A program made the position numbers and the translations under genes. Below, piece after piece: positions 25,050 to 37,995 of a stretch of DNA of 64,000 nt. The DNA comes from Antechinus flavipes (lineage: Eukaryota): positions 198,586,001-198,650,000 of the forward strand of contig NC_067398.1 in NCBI RefSeq assembly GCF_016432865.1. Reading direction: 5' to 3'. Under the pieces are notes generated by a model, which worked only from the letters and a program-made list of their open reading frames with translations, was not told where the DNA came from and made no database searches. Numbering within the stretch: the first letter of the stretch is position 1; each line of letters begins with the position of its first letter.

Positions 25050-26860
25050 AGGGGGCCTTTTTAATAAAGAATGAGTCTCTATGTTCACCAGAGAGTATTT
25101 CATAGCTAGCCTTAAATCATTTGAATCAAATTTTAAGTAATTTATTGTGAACACTGTTTTATCTATATCTTTCTGAGTGACTCTACCTCCATCTCTCTGT
25201 TTTTGTTTTTTGATAAATCTCTTGAGGGTCTGATTAGTTCTTTCTACAGTGGCCTATTCTGTAGGGTTGTAAGGAATCCCAAAAATATGATGTATGGAGA
25301 ATTCCTGTAAGAACTGTTTTAATATTTTTGAGGTATATCCATTATCAGTCTTAATGGTGTGTGGGATACCCATAGAGGCAAAACAGTGAAACAAGTGATT
25401 TATTACATCTGCAGCAGCTTCCCCTCGTCGAGAGGATGCAGATACAAAGCCTGAATACATTTTCAACTGTAACACGAATGTATGTTTTCCCAATATGTGT
25501 AACATCCATTTGCTATATATCATTTGACCTGTCACCTCTGGGATTAGTTCCCACCCCTACAGATCTTTGAGGATATGGTAAGCAAGCTATACATCTTTTT
25601 ATTATGCTTGTTGCTTCTTGCCAGGATACCCCATACAATCTCAGAAGAGATCAGGCAGACAGATACAAAATGTTCATGAGCTTTTATTGCTTGTTCTACA
25701 GAGCAGAGAAAAATACATTGTGTAAGCAGACCATCCACTATTTTATTCCTTTATTATAGGTCCCAGGCCATCTGTATGAGAGCAGATGTGCATTACATAA
25801 AAAGGATGGACTCTCATTAAAATCACCTCTTGTACTTCCTGAAACAATGAGAAGATAGGTCCTGTTTGAGCCTTAAATCTGCTGTCTCTATTCTCTACAT
25901 CAACCCAACTGCATAGTGACTATCTGAAATGATATTGATGGGTTTGTCTATTTTCAATGCTTATATAATGGCATACAATTCATTTTGCTGTGTAGAAATG
26001 TAAAGTATAGTAAATACATTAGAGATGCCCAATTGTGGGGAATATATAGCCACTTTGTTTTGCTTGATGCCATCACTGAACACATTAGGGACTTTAAGTG
26101 GATGTATTTTTGTTTTTATGGGAAATATCCATTGCCATTGCTCATAGAATGGTAACTGGGTCAGGATTTTTCCTGCTCTTACTTCTCCTAACCCTAACAA
26201 AATGGTCCAGGTTTCCTGAGTAGCTATTAAGCAATCTAACTTATCCTTGTCTATGTTTATCCATATAATTCCTGTTTCTCCTGTTAATTGGATAATTCTG
26301 AGCAATGTTTTCCTTGTTATCTCAGCTTTCATGTCTAAGTATGGTTCTAGTGACCTTTTTGTCTTTGAGATACATAACCATTCATAAATGTCATTGTTTT
26401 GATGTGTAATTCCTATGGGTTGTACAAGAGCTAAAATAACAGAGCCATGTAACCATTTTTGTGCAAGTACTCTTTGAGTACTTATTTTTGCTATTATTTG
26501 TATTATCTGCTTTATGCTGTCAAGAGCTTACGGAGTCCATGTCCTGCTGGAATCTAACTGAGGATTGCCCTCTAGCATTTTATACAAAGGAAACATCAGC
26601 GGTCCTAAGCCATTGAATGTCCCCAATAAATTTTTGGACGGATTTAATGTGTGTACCTAATGTGTGCTGATATACACCCTCTGGCTGAACAGTGAAATCA
26701 AATAACTAAAAAGGGGGTGTCTTTGAATTTTTTCTGGTGATATTATCAAACCTAAGTATTTTAATTTTAATTGTTCTTTTACTAATTGATATAAAGTGGC
26801 TATTTTTGATTTGGTTAGGGGCCATTCCTCTAGTGGAAGCTGCAGCAGCCATGACCCCTC
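25050..26860 (-). pseudogene. pol: pol remnant: RT N-terminus and thumb (catalytic core deleted), RNase H, integrase
   Basis: WPLTKSKIATLYQLVKEQLK joined directly to LKYLGLIISPEKIQ; QKFIGDIQWLR; RNase H VFSDG...STQQNELYAII; IN AHEHF and HLFHCFASMGIPHTIKTDNG...HIFGIPYNP. Confidence 0.9.
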
Positions 26861-26864
26861 CTAA

Positions 26865-27480
26865 AAATCTGTGGTGATTTTCATCCCTAATTGAAGTAAT
26901 ATGTCCTTAACCCATAAATTAATATGTAAGCCATCTATTATGAAAGGAAAAATGGTTCCTGTCTTTCCATCTTTTTGCCAGTTTACCGATTCAGCATATA
27001 TCAAAGCTTCCTTACTGCCTCCTACCCCTGCCACTCTATTGTTAGCTGAAGTCATAGGCCACCAAGTGGGCCATTGAGAAACAGCCACCACAGTCCTGTC
27101 GATTCCAGTGTCTATTAATCCTTCAAACTGTTGGTTATTCAAATAAAGGTCAGTATCGGCCAAGTAAGTGTGATAGCCTTTTAAAATATGTTTGTACAAT
27201 GGCCTCTGAATTTGGGGGCTAATTCACAATTATTATCTTCTGTTTTAACTGTAAGTTCATTTGGAATGACTATTCCTTGAGCTATACATTGTCCCTTGTT
27301 AAGATATGTTTCAATATTGTCAGTGTTAATCATAGTTACAGACACAGGCATATTCTTCATATATTTGTATGATTGGGATAGCTAATGAATACCAGGGTAG
27401 TGCAAGATTTATAACAAGGCTTTTTAGTTGGTTTCCTCTTTGATACTGTTGAATGGGCACTTCACAAGCAGCATGAGGGG
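26865..27480 (-). pseudogene. pro: pro remnant: dUTPase-like segment plus aspartic protease
   Basis: FEGLIDTGIDRTVV...WPTWWP...GVGG...NLWVKDILLQLG (DTG at 27112-27104); upstream KGQCIAQGIVIP resembles the dUTPase GDRIAQL motif. Confidence 0.85.
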
Positions 27481-28709
27481 GTAGGCAGTAATAATTATTG
27501 CTCTGCGCGACAATCTGCATTACAGTTCTCCAATAACAAAGTCTTTACTATCCTACATTTCCCATGGCTTAGCTACAGCATCCTGTAATCAAGCAATAAA
27601 ATCAGTAAAGGGCTCCCAGCTTTTGCCTTATTTGGGTAAAGCTTTCCTTTTCACCCTTTTCTACAGGAATTCTACTCCATAATGTATTGGCACATTGAGA
27701 TATTCAGAAATATGTCTCTTCAGGAATGAATTTGATCTCCGGTATCTGCATGGGCCCCAGTGCCGCTAAGTTGCTCAAACTATAACTTCTTGCTTGCTCC
27801 TGGAACAACCTGAGCAGCAATCAACCAAGTCTGTTCTAAAAATTCTGTCATCCAGAACACTGCCTGGCCTGGAGTTAACACTGCCCGTGTGAGCTTTCCG
27901 ATCACTGAGGCACAAAATTTCCTGTGACATTGTTTCAAGTTGTAACATAATAAAAGGTGCTATGGGCCCATATTTGTGAACTGAGTCCTTAAGCTGCGTT
28001 AGAACTTTAAAGGAAGTGGTTCATGTCTGCATCTTATCTGCCCTGGGTTAAAAAGGTCATCCTTCTCTATAACAGGATATAATTCTTCCCATGCCTTCAT
28101 GTCTTCTTGATTTCTAGTCTGTTGCAAAACTTTTTGAAGTGAAGATAAAGAATATAACTGATTACCTTTTGCTTTTTGTCCATTAAGTGTCGCTGTGGTC
28201 TTTGTTTTATATTTCTGATCCTGCTTTTCCTCAACTCTTATTTCATTTTTTACATTAAAAGAGCCTTTGAAAGGCTGTAGATCAGGATAGACACAAAAAT
28301 AGGGCAGGGCTAAAGTAGATGGAGATGGGGGAATTCATTCAAAATCATCCTGTTCAGACTCAGGAGAGGAACATCTACTGCTAAGAGATGGGCCTGTCTA
28401 TGCTGCAATTGTAAATTTCCTGATCTCCTTTTCTGGTTGTGATTTCAGAGTTTGTTTAATGAAATTATTTTGCATTTCTCCTGGGCATTGCTTATCATAA
28501 GCAATGAGCTGTTCACCAAAAACAATCCATCTCTCACAATTGTAACAGCCTATCTCAGGTAACCTTGGAGAAACTTTGTAAGCAATGTCCAGGAATTTCC
28601 TAATGGCACCTAATTGAATTGTGCACTCCTGCTCTTTTATACATTTATATATAGTCCTGACCTATGCTTCCCTGTCTGAAGGGAGTAAGGTGCCTATTTT
28701 CTGCCCCAT
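27480..28709 (-). pseudogene. gag: gag remnant (MA and CA; nucleocapsid not seen)
   Basis: ATG at 28709: MGQKIGTLLPSDREA*VRTIYKCIKEQ...IRKFLDIAYKVSP (MA-like); KDSVHKYGPIAPF (CA); SFTQIRQ...FTDFIA-LQDAV (major homology region). Confidence 0.85.
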
Positions 28710-28860
28710 CAGGTTACTTAACCATCTTTGCCATATTCTGCCTGGTCCAGAAACAGCACAGTTCAGTGGGCTGTCCCTCTGGAGGCCTCTTGGAGGTTGT
28801 CTTGACAACATAGCAGTGGCTGACCACAAAGTGGTTACTATGGCACCCTTATAAGTTCCT

Positions 28861-28880
28861 GTCCCTATTCCTAGGCGCCA
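28861..28880 (-). promoter_or_regulatory. Primer-binding site, tRNA-Lys(UUU)-like
   Basis: Minus strand TGGCGCCTAGGAATAGGGAC versus canonical TGGCGCCCGAACAGGGAC, 2 nt inside the 5' LTR end. Confidence 0.85.
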
Positions 28881-28882
28881 CT

Positions 28883-29307
28883 TGTTGCAGCCATCTTTAA
28901 GACCTCATGGCATATGAGCCCTTTAATCTGAGAGGTGAGATGAATGAGGCAGGAGACTCATAGAGTGTGAAAAGAGCTCCAGTTTATTATGCCGAACTGC
29001 CTTGTTAATATACATTGTTGCAAGCTTGATCAACACATGAATAGTAGACAATCCTCAATCACCATTCAGAGAATGGGAGGAGAGACAATGCAGCAATTCA
29101 GCAGCTCGCTCATAGGGGAGAGACCTTGTCAATGCATCCCCGCTCATGAGCAACCAGCTGTGACCTTCAGGCTCAATACTCATTCCCATAATCATAAATC
29201 ACTGCTCCTTGCTCAACAAGGACATTTCTGCAATGGGGCAGAAAAGTTATTGTGCATCAAAGGTCGAGGTGGCCTTGGTACTCCCTCTCGATAGAGTCCC
29301 ATAGACA
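28883..29307 (-). repeat. 5' LTR of the provirus
   Basis: tgttgcagccatctttaag...gagtcccatagaca; TTTATT on plus (AATAAA on minus) near 28983; homologous to 22907-23353. Confidence 0.92.
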
Positions 29308-29312
29308 TACAT

Positions 29313-29343
29313 TTATATATATATATATATATATATAATATTT

Positions 29344-29390
<47 letters not shown>

Positions 29391-29392
29391 CA
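29313..29392. repeat. Compound (TA)n/(CA)n microsatellite
   Basis: Directly visible next to the 5' LTR. Confidence 0.95.
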
Positions 29393-29579
29393 CATGTACC
29401 AGGAACTGTGCTTTATCATCATACAATTTTCCCAATAATCTTAGAAAGTAGGTGCTATCATTTATTCCCTTTACGCAGATGTAGTAACTTGCTTATGGTC
29501 ATACAACTAATATGTTTCTGAGATTGGAATTGGATTCAGATTTGCTTAATTCACAAATTTCCTAGTATTATCATCTTAT

Positions 29580-30700
29580 TTTTAAAATTATTTTATTTTT
29601 TCTCAATTACTTATAAAAACAAATATAACATTAATTTTTTAAAATTAAGTACTAAATTCCCTCCTTTCCTCGTTTACCCTCTCCCTTCCTTAAAAAAGCA
29701 AAAGATTATTCATGTGCAGTGCATAATATTAGCCATGTTGCAAAAGAACAGTTTTTTTAAAAAACCAAGACAATAGTTAAAAGTATGCTTTGATCTGTAT
29801 TCAGATTCCATTTCTTTTTTCTCAGGAAGTGAATATCATTTTTTATCATAAATCATTTGGAATTGTCTTGGATCATTGTATTAAATAGAATAACTAAGTC
29901 ATTCATACAATATTGCAATTATTTGTGTACAATGGTGTCTTGGTTTTGCTCATTTCACTTTGCATCAGTTTAAATAAATCTTTCCAGGTTTTTCTGAAAC
30001 CATCATTTCATCATCTCTTTTAGCACAACTGTTTTCCATTCCAGTCATATATCACAACTAGTTCAAACATTTCTAATTGACAGACGTTACTTCAATTTCT
30101 CATTTTTAAAATCACAAAAAGAGCTGCTACAAATATTTTTGTACATTTTTTTAATTTTTTTCTTTGATCTTTTCAGTTCAGAGACTTAATACCCTAATGG
30201 GTATATACACTTATATAGTTCTTTGGTCATAGTTCCAAATTACTCTCAAAAATATTTGGACCAATTTACAACTTCACCAAAAATGCATTAGTGTCCCAAT
30301 TTTTCCCTCCAACAGTTGTTATCTTCCCTTTCTGACATGTTAGCCAAACTGATAGGTGTATGTTGTTTTCATTTATATTTCTCTAATCAATAGTGATTTA
30401 GAGTATATTTTCCACATGACTATGGAAAGCTTTGATTTATTCTTATGAAAACTGCTGGTTCATATCCTTTGACCATATATCAATTGAGGAATAACTTGTA
30501 TTCTTTTAAATTTGAATCAGTTTTCTTTAATATTTGAGAAAGCATTCAGAGAAACTTGCTGTAAAACTTTGCCCTTATTTTTCTGCTTTTTTTCTAATCT
30601 TGGCTGTGCAAAAAAAAATTAATTTAATGCAATCAAAATTATACATGTTCTATCCCATAATACTCTCTATCTCCTATGCATGATTATCTTAAATAGCATG
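29580..30700 (-). mobile_element. LINE-1 3' end and ORF2 C-terminus
   Basis: T-rich tail at left, gtttgctcatttcactttgcatcag, aaatcacaaaaagagctgctacaaatattttt, ttccacatgactatggaaagctttgatt...gaaaactgctggttcatatcctttgacc. Confidence 0.85.
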
Positions 30701-32446
30701 TATAATTTAGATTATCCATTTTGGCCACAATTATGTTAGTTTCAGAGCACATTTTTAACCAAATTAGATTTAGATTTATAATCATTGATAGAAGTATTTC
30801 AATATAACTTTTCCCAAGACCCTACTATAGCACTGCCAGGCACTATAGTTTAACTTCATTTCTTTTTAATTCACCCAAAAGACAAATCAATTCTTTTGTG
30901 CTCTTAATCCAGACTTAACTTTTCTAAGGCTTTTTAGATGAAACTCCAGGAAGAGATCAGGATTCTTATGCAATTTCAATTCAGAATGGTATTGAGAAAT
31001 TGAAAAATAGCACCTCTTTCATTATAAAAAATTAATTGGTTTAAAAATACAAAACATCTTAAAAACACAAAATTTAGAAAAATAATATTGAGATCAATTG
31101 CTAAGATTTAATTACTAGTAAAATCACATTGGTTCTAATGAAAAAAAAATGTAAATTAAATAGTAATTCTTTTGATTATCTTTTGCTACTGTACCATACA
31201 AATTTTTTGACATTTAAAATCACTTTTCCATTTAAAATGACTATCAGCTTTCTTTAATGAATTTCAATTTTTGAAAGTGTCAAATTCAATCTTTCATATG
31301 CAAAATAGTTTATGTTTAATGCATTGTAATCTGCTAAATCTCTTGCCTTTATTTTTTTTTTCTGAAGATTAAATACTGGAACTTTCATTATTAATTTATT
31401 TTATAATCAAGTAAATTGCTATCTTTTCTGAAATACATTCTAATTTTTCCTTTATTTTCTTCTTCTTTTCACTGAAGTCTTATAAAATCTGATCACCCAG
31501 GATGTATTTTGTGAGTCCTCAGGCATGAGTGTTCCTCCTAGCAAGATATGGGGTTCCCCTCTTGACCCTTGCTTTTTACAATTGGACTCATAGTGCCATG
31601 CTCTCCCAATGTAGGTATGGCTGCCAATAAGTTAAATCTTTGTCTGGTTACCCAGTTTATATCTATGGAAAAATCCACGTATCAATAAAGATGTTAGAAA
31701 AAATAACTCCTTAATGAGTTTAAAGCTAAAATCCTGATCTATTCAAAAGCTTTGTTTCTAGTTTGTCTAATAATTAAGTTCTGATATATTATTCACAGAA
31801 GAAAATGCACAAAACATTCTTCTAAATGTGATTTTACCTTCTTTTAGTTGCTCTATGATTCAATTAAACTTCTTTCTTTTCTTAAAATTTAAACTACAAA
31901 TTGAATTTCACTGAAATTCGTCTTATTTCCCTTTTCTCTAATCAGTAAAATCATTCCTTCTTCTTACACAAAAACAAATTACTCAATAGAGAAAGTGATA
32001 AAAAAAAGATCTTAAGTGAGTAAAACAATCTTCCCTAAAGAAAAGCTACCAAAACATCTTATATTAACTTCCAAATGTCCAATTTGAAATTTTCAATGGA
32101 GACTTTACAATTTAGTCACAAATTTAATTTTTAATTAAATTTGGAGAGTCATCAATTCCAGTAGATTGAAAACAAATTCCCTTCCTTTGAAACCATGTCT
32201 CTTGTTTGTCTCCCTAACTTGGCCAGAGTTAGAAAGACAGAGAAAAAGACTTTCTTTCTGAAGACTTTAAAAGTCCCTCAGAAAGTTTTCATTAATTTTG
32301 CATTATTTTTCCCTTAGTTGATCAGATCAAAAATGGGTAGTTTAATTTACACAGATATTATAATAAAACATACTTATAATAAATATACTTAGTAGCAAAG
32401 TTTTTTTCCTTATTACAAATTGAGACTTTAATCAAAAGTCATTGTA

Positions 32447-33113
32447 TAATGTGCAAAAATGTTTGTGGCAGCCCTTTTTGTAGTGACTAGAAACTGGAAA
32501 TTAAATGGATGCCCATCAAATGGAGAATGGCTGAATAAATTGTGGTATATGAATGTTATGGCATATTATTATTCTGTAAGAAATGACCAGCAGGATGATT
32601 TCAGAGAGGCTTGGAGAGACTTATATGAAATGATGCTAAGGGAAATAAGCAGAACCAGGAGATCATTATGTACTGCAACAAGATTATACAATGATCAATT
32701 GTGATGGAGGTGGCTCTCTTCAACAATGAGATGATTCAAACCAGTTCCAATTGTTCAGTAATGAAGAGAATCAGCTACACTCAGAGAGAGATCTATGGGA
32801 ACTGAGTGTAGCCCACAACACAGCATTTCCACTCTTTCTGTTATTGTATGCTTGCATTTTTGTTTTCCTTCTCAGATTTTTTTTCCTTTCTTTCTAGATC
32901 CGATTTTTCTTGTGTTGCAAGATAACTTTATAAATATGTATACATATATTGGATTTAACATGTATTTTAACATATTTAACATGTATTGGAATACCTGTCA
33001 TCTAGGAGAGGGGGTGAGGGAAAGGAAGGGAAAAGTTGGAACAGGAGGTTTGGCAAGGGTCATTATTGAAAAATTACCCATGCATATGTTTTTTAAATAA
33101 AAAGCTATAATAA
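32447..33113 (+). mobile_element. 5'-truncated young LINE-1 with a 13-bp TSD
   Basis: MFVAALFVVTRNWKLNGCPSNGEWLNKLWYMNV and 3' UTR; AAAAGTCATTGTA flanks both sides (32434-32446 and 33114-33126). Confidence 0.95.
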
Positions 33114-33499
33114 AAAAGTCATTGTACACAATTTTCTAAACACAATCTCAAAACTTTTGATTCGTTCTTTCTTCAAATCAAATTTGGGATCCATTTTAGA
33201 ACAATTACATTTTTTTAAGCTCCACTTTATCTTGCTATTTCTTTATCATAGGAGCCTTTTAGTGACAATAAAAATTATCATGGTCTAAGTAATTAGGGGG
33301 TTTCATTTTCTTCATTATCTCCATATTGCTTGGATTATTTATAATAAGGGTTATATAAATCAATATTTTCTGAGGAGTGAAAATATAAACAGATTGTCCC
33401 TTGTTTTCAAAAGAAAGCAAATTTTTTTTTTTTTATAGCAAGTGTTTCATAAGGAAGAGGAAGAAAAATTGAAGGAGAGTCAAGAAAGAAATAATAGGA

Positions 33500-34479
33500 T
33501 CCTTAAAGAGATGTTAAGCATGATCCATAAGATAATGCCCCCAAAATTCAATAGTTAATTTGGTAAATGTGGTTGTTTAATAGCCAATCACACAATTTCT
33601 TTAACATATAATAATCAAAGGTGTCAAATTGAGACCAAAATAATTTACCAACTGAATCTCTTGCAGTTTTGAACTAAACCTAACACAATTAAGAAGCACA
33701 TTTTTTGGTCATACCTACTGGTATGTTTTCCCTAATTCCAGGATATAAGGAACTTTCCCAGGAGGAATCCCTTTGGAATGCTCTAACTAGGCCCCATTGT
33801 TCTCCTGGAGCATCTCCTCTTTTTAAGAGGATTTTCCTCAGATGTCTGCCAAAGGAATTTAATAATGCCCTGGGAGTAGTCTTCCAAGCAAGTTAAAAAA
33901 TTGCCAAAGGAATAGATTGATCTTGGACTACAGTAACTCTAGGATTTATCAATTTCAAATTATTTGCCTTGGCTCAAAAAAAAAAAAAAAAAAAAAGAGT
34001 TGAACCCAAAAGGCAAATACATCCTGTGAAGCAGTTCCTGCAAAGAAATCCTTAATGAGCTCTTCCCCAGTCTCAGGATTTTTTACTCAAGTCCCGTCTT
34101 GGCAACAAAACTGTCACAAGTGAAATCTATCAAGGATTGAAGAAATACAATCTGAATATATCAATTTATTAACAAAGCTAGCAATTGCCAATAAATGAAA
34201 TTCAAGGTGCCACAGAAACCAAAGATGCTGAGTGGTGACTATAAAACTTTCTTATAGTTAGGAAAAAGGAACAAAAATTACAAACTTTAGAGTAACATGA
34301 ATTGATTTCTAATTGGCTCAGTCAAAAATAGGAAACTGATAGAAATTAAGGAACTGATCAATCTACACAATCTTAAGCAATAAACATTATTTTCCCATGT
34401 TGGATGGATCCTATGAAAGAATGTGATTAATGGACTGTTATTACATCAGCAAATTATGTAACATGAGTAAAATGTAACA
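33500..34479 (-). mobile_element. Truncated ERV remnant: LTR (about 34112-34479), PBS-like site, leader and class I-like gag start
   Basis: tgtcac...tgtaaca LTR-like block with TTTATT (AATAAA on minus) at about 34166; minus-strand TGTTGCCAAGACGGGACTTGAG resembles an extended Lys PBS; GIPPG...YILE and MTKK...motifs loosely resemble HERV-H/W-type MA. Confidence 0.5.
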
Positions 34480-34569
34480 AGAATTCTAAATGAGGAACAT
34501 CTCATACTGTGGAATAGAAAGAAAGTAAATTGATTAAGCCTTCATGTAGATTTGTCAGTATCTGTTTTC

Positions 34570-35322
34570 ACTCTTCACTATACCATAAGCTGATTGGGTG
34601 GGAGAATTATCCTACCCCCAACTTGGTTTGGAGAAACAATTTTTAGAGGGCAGCTAGGTAGTGCAGTAGATAGAGCACTGACCCTGAAGTCAGGAGGACC
34701 AGCGTTCAAATCTAGCCTCAAACACTTAACACTTCCTAGCTGTCACCTGGGTAATCATTTAACCCCAATTGCCTCAGCCAAAAAAAAAAAAAAGAAAGAA
34801 ACAAAAACAAAAATAGATTTTAGGTTGGGAGTTTGGTTTGGTTTATTTCATTTGTCTTTTTCAGTTGTAAGTTGAGGTCCAGTCCAGTGATACTGGACCT
34901 GGGAGCCCAGCCATAGCAAACTTGGGGAAAGGATACCAAAGCCGCATGAGAACCCAGATAGCCTAGCAATGGGGTCCCAAGAAGCCAGAGTGCCAGGAAT
35001 TTGAGCCCAAAGAAGGGATTTGGAATAGGAATGTGGTGGAACTGACTTACATAGGAACTGAGCTAAATGGTAAAACTCACTTTTATGTTTATGCTTGCTA
35101 TATCTTTGAGATAAACATTATTTTGTAAAAACTAATCCAATTAAGTGGCTGCAATTAAATGGTTTAAGAGACCCATAAAACTGGGGGAATGATATTACTG
35201 GGGATTGGAATTAATGGTGAAGAAACTACCAATCTCAAAATCCCTTTAAGAGTACTGGAAAATTTCAGAGAGGGATAAGCATGTGGCTATTAGATGGTAA
35301 GCCAAGGTAGTCATTGTAACAT
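34570..35322. mobile_element. Probable old LTR interrupted by the SINE
   Basis: LTR-like composition on both sides of the SINE, ending in ...cattgtaaca; no TSD resolved. Confidence 0.35.
34647..34813 (+). mobile_element. WSINE1-type tRNA-derived SINE
   Basis: gggcagctaggtagtgcagtagatagagcac...gttcaaatctagcctcaaacacttaacacttcctagctg...ttaaccccaattgcctcagc followed by an A tail. Confidence 0.9.
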
Positions 35323-35384
35323 TTACAAAGGATTTTGCAAACATTAAATCACTATATAAATGTTATCATGTTTTAATTGGGAGA

Positions 35385-36710
35385 AAACTGGTTTAGAAGT
35401 CAAGATACCTAATAACTGCTTTTGTAACTAACTGGTTGTGTGACTTAAAGCAAGTCACTTAACCTCTCTAAGACCGATCATTTCCCCATCTGTAAGATGA
35501 AGAGGCTAATGATTTATAAATTTCTAGAAAGGGTTCTTTCAATGCTTAAATTCTATAATTTGATTAACATTTTTGACCTCATTATATTTGATATGTTAAG
35601 CTATTATGTGTTATAATAGTAAACATTTCTTTGAAATAAACATCTTTAATGAGTTTTCTTTCACTAAATCATAGGATTAAGTCTTTGCCTGTTTTATCTG
35701 TCCTTTAAAGCCAACTTTTCCATACAGTTTCCCCGATTTCCCTAAATTTATTGTTTGCCTTCATGCCTTTGCAAAGACTACTTTCTCACACCTGGAATCC
35801 ATTCCTTTCCCACCTCTCTTCTCTTGGAAATCTAATTCCCCTCAAGGTCCAATTCAGGAACCACTTCCTAAATATGAAGTTTTTTTGTATTCAAATCCTG
35901 CCTCTGACAGATGCTATCTGTATCAATTTGGTATAAGGGGGAGAGGAATATGTGTATGTGTGTGTGGTGCTTTGGTCATGTAGGTTATGCGTCCATCTAT
36001 CTTGATATAACTTACTTGAAAGTATAAATAGATCTCTCTGAGTCTCCTCTTCCCACTCTTCTCTTAGGAAGACTGATTCCTAGCAGGGACAGGAGGAAAA
36101 GTAGGAGGTAGCTAGACATATCATTCCACCCTCTTGAATATTGTTATCCTTCGATAAATAATTTTAAATTTCCAGTTGAGATCCTGATTGCTATCCCTCA
36201 AAGATAGAAGTACTCCAGGGTATATAAATGTAAGACTTTACTCCCTTTCCACCAATTGCCAAATGAAGTCCCCCAGTGAAATGTAAATTGCTTGAGCACA
36301 AAGAATATTTTGTTTATGTCTTTATATTCCCTGATGCCTAATACAATGCCTTATACATAGTCAATACTTGATAAATTCTTATGGTTTTGAAAAGAATAGA
36401 GATAATAATAGCTGCACCATCAGCTTCATGGGAGTTTTGTTACTGAAAGTACTTTTAAATCCTAAAAGCACAAAATAAATATGAATTTCTATTTATTAGT
36501 GCGCTCCCTTCTCAAATTATCTTATATTTACTTATATTTTACTCAACACAGATCATATATCATAGGATGTCAGACTTTGGGTTGGATTTTTTAAGATTTT
36601 TTTTTTTTTCAGAGATCCTCTAGAATTTTATCTTCCAGAAAAATCTGAGGGCAGGGAATATTTCTTTATACCCAAAGCACCTAGCACAGTATCTTGTGCA
36701 TATTAGGTTC
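35385..36710 (+). mobile_element. MIR fragment (35385-35540) and L2 3' fragments (about 35700-35890, 36280-36375, 36620-36710)
   Basis: tgtgtgacttaaagcaagtcacttaacctctct...catctgtaagatg (MIR); tgcctttgc...cctggaatcc and tgtaaattgcttgagc...gcctaatacaatgcc (L2 tails). Confidence 0.65.
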
Positions 36711-36759
36711 TTACAGTCTTCTGGGTCTGTTTCAAGAAAAGATATTATATAGTGGAAGA

Positions 36760-37995
36760 AATTATATTCATGAGGGTCCTTTTTTTTTTTTTTTTTACTT
36801 ATTTGTAGGTTATTCTGTTCTCTGCTGTGCACTTTTTTCATTTTATTCTTTCTTTCCCTTTCCTTCCCTAGCAAGCTATAGTTAAGCACAGATATGTTCT
36901 ATAGAAATGTAAATATATGCATACACATGTACACACACCCTCATCCCTACCCCCATCTACATATACACACACATACATTCACGCCCACCTACAGACCCAC
37001 TCATATAAAAATATATCTAGATACATACATACATAGAGCAATATGCATACATATCTACATATACTCGAATACATACAAACACACATATACATCTACCCAT
37101 ATGCAAACATTCAAAACAACATCAGTATAGCTGACAGACATATAATTAGATTTCTCTCTTTATTGAATCTTTAAATTTGACTCATCTCTTCTTTTTTATC
37201 CCTGCTAACTTTTCTGCTATAAATCTGCTCCTTAACTTGTCTTGCTAATTATTTAACCTTTCCTCACCCATGGATCCCTTCCTTGTCTTCTTCCCCCACC
37301 CTTTGCTTCTTCCTCCATTCTTATTTCTTTATAGATTTTGGAAGGTGCTATACCCTTCATGGTATATATGTAGTGTTTACCTATTTAACTCATTCCTGAT
37401 GTAAGTAGATTTTAGAGCTACAAGCCCTCCTTTCCCCATAATGCCTCTGTTTATTCTTCTTCTGAACCTCATTTGTGTAACATAATTACTATTTTACCTT
37501 TTTTCTAGGAGGTTTTGCATTTTTTAAGAGTTTATGCAATCCTGTCCCAATCTTTCTTTTGAACTACCAAATTGCTGATGTGAATCTTAAACATATGGGT
37601 GTAAAAAAACATAAACAATTTGTCTATGTTAAATTCCTTAAAATTAATCTTTGATACTGGCTCTTATTATATGTTAAATTTTCCATTGAGTTTGGGTTTG
37701 ATTGAAAGAAAGTCCTGAAAATCTGCAATTTCATTGAATATTCTTTTTTATCCATTCAATATCATGGATAATTTTGTTGGATATTATATTTTTGGCTGCA
37801 GGCCCATTCTTTTGCTTGCCAGTATATTTGATTCCAGGAGCTGCAGTCTTTTACTGTGGCTGCTACTAAGTTCTATACAATTCTATTGTATAGTTCTAGC
37901 ATATTTGAATTGATTTTTTCTTCTTGTTTTTTGTAAAATTTTCTCTTTGATCTGGGGGGTATGAAATTGGCATTAATATTCCTATTTGTTTCCAT
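36760..37995 (-). mobile_element. HAL1/L1-like element: ORF1 C-terminus followed by a long non-ORF2 3' region
   Basis: Reverse complement of about 37990-37750 matches the L1 ORF1 C-terminus (KEKIL...FKY..TIRI.Q.L.A.T); the same family appears on plus at 50810-51200. Confidence 0.65.

Larger units (their letters stand above)
22907..29307 (-). mobile_element. Endogenous betaretrovirus-like (class II/ERVK) provirus, two LTRs, gag-pro-pol-env order, defective
   Basis: Homologous LTRs at both ends, Lys PBS, polypurine tract, recognisable MA/CA, dUTPase, PR, RT, RNase H, IN and beta-type TM peptides; candidate 6-bp TSD TATATC / TACATT (two transitions). Confidence 0.95.

Noticed and set aside
34647-34740. 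tRNA gene
   Set aside because: The A/B-box-like head continues into CORE sequence and an A tail, so it is a SINE and not a tRNA.
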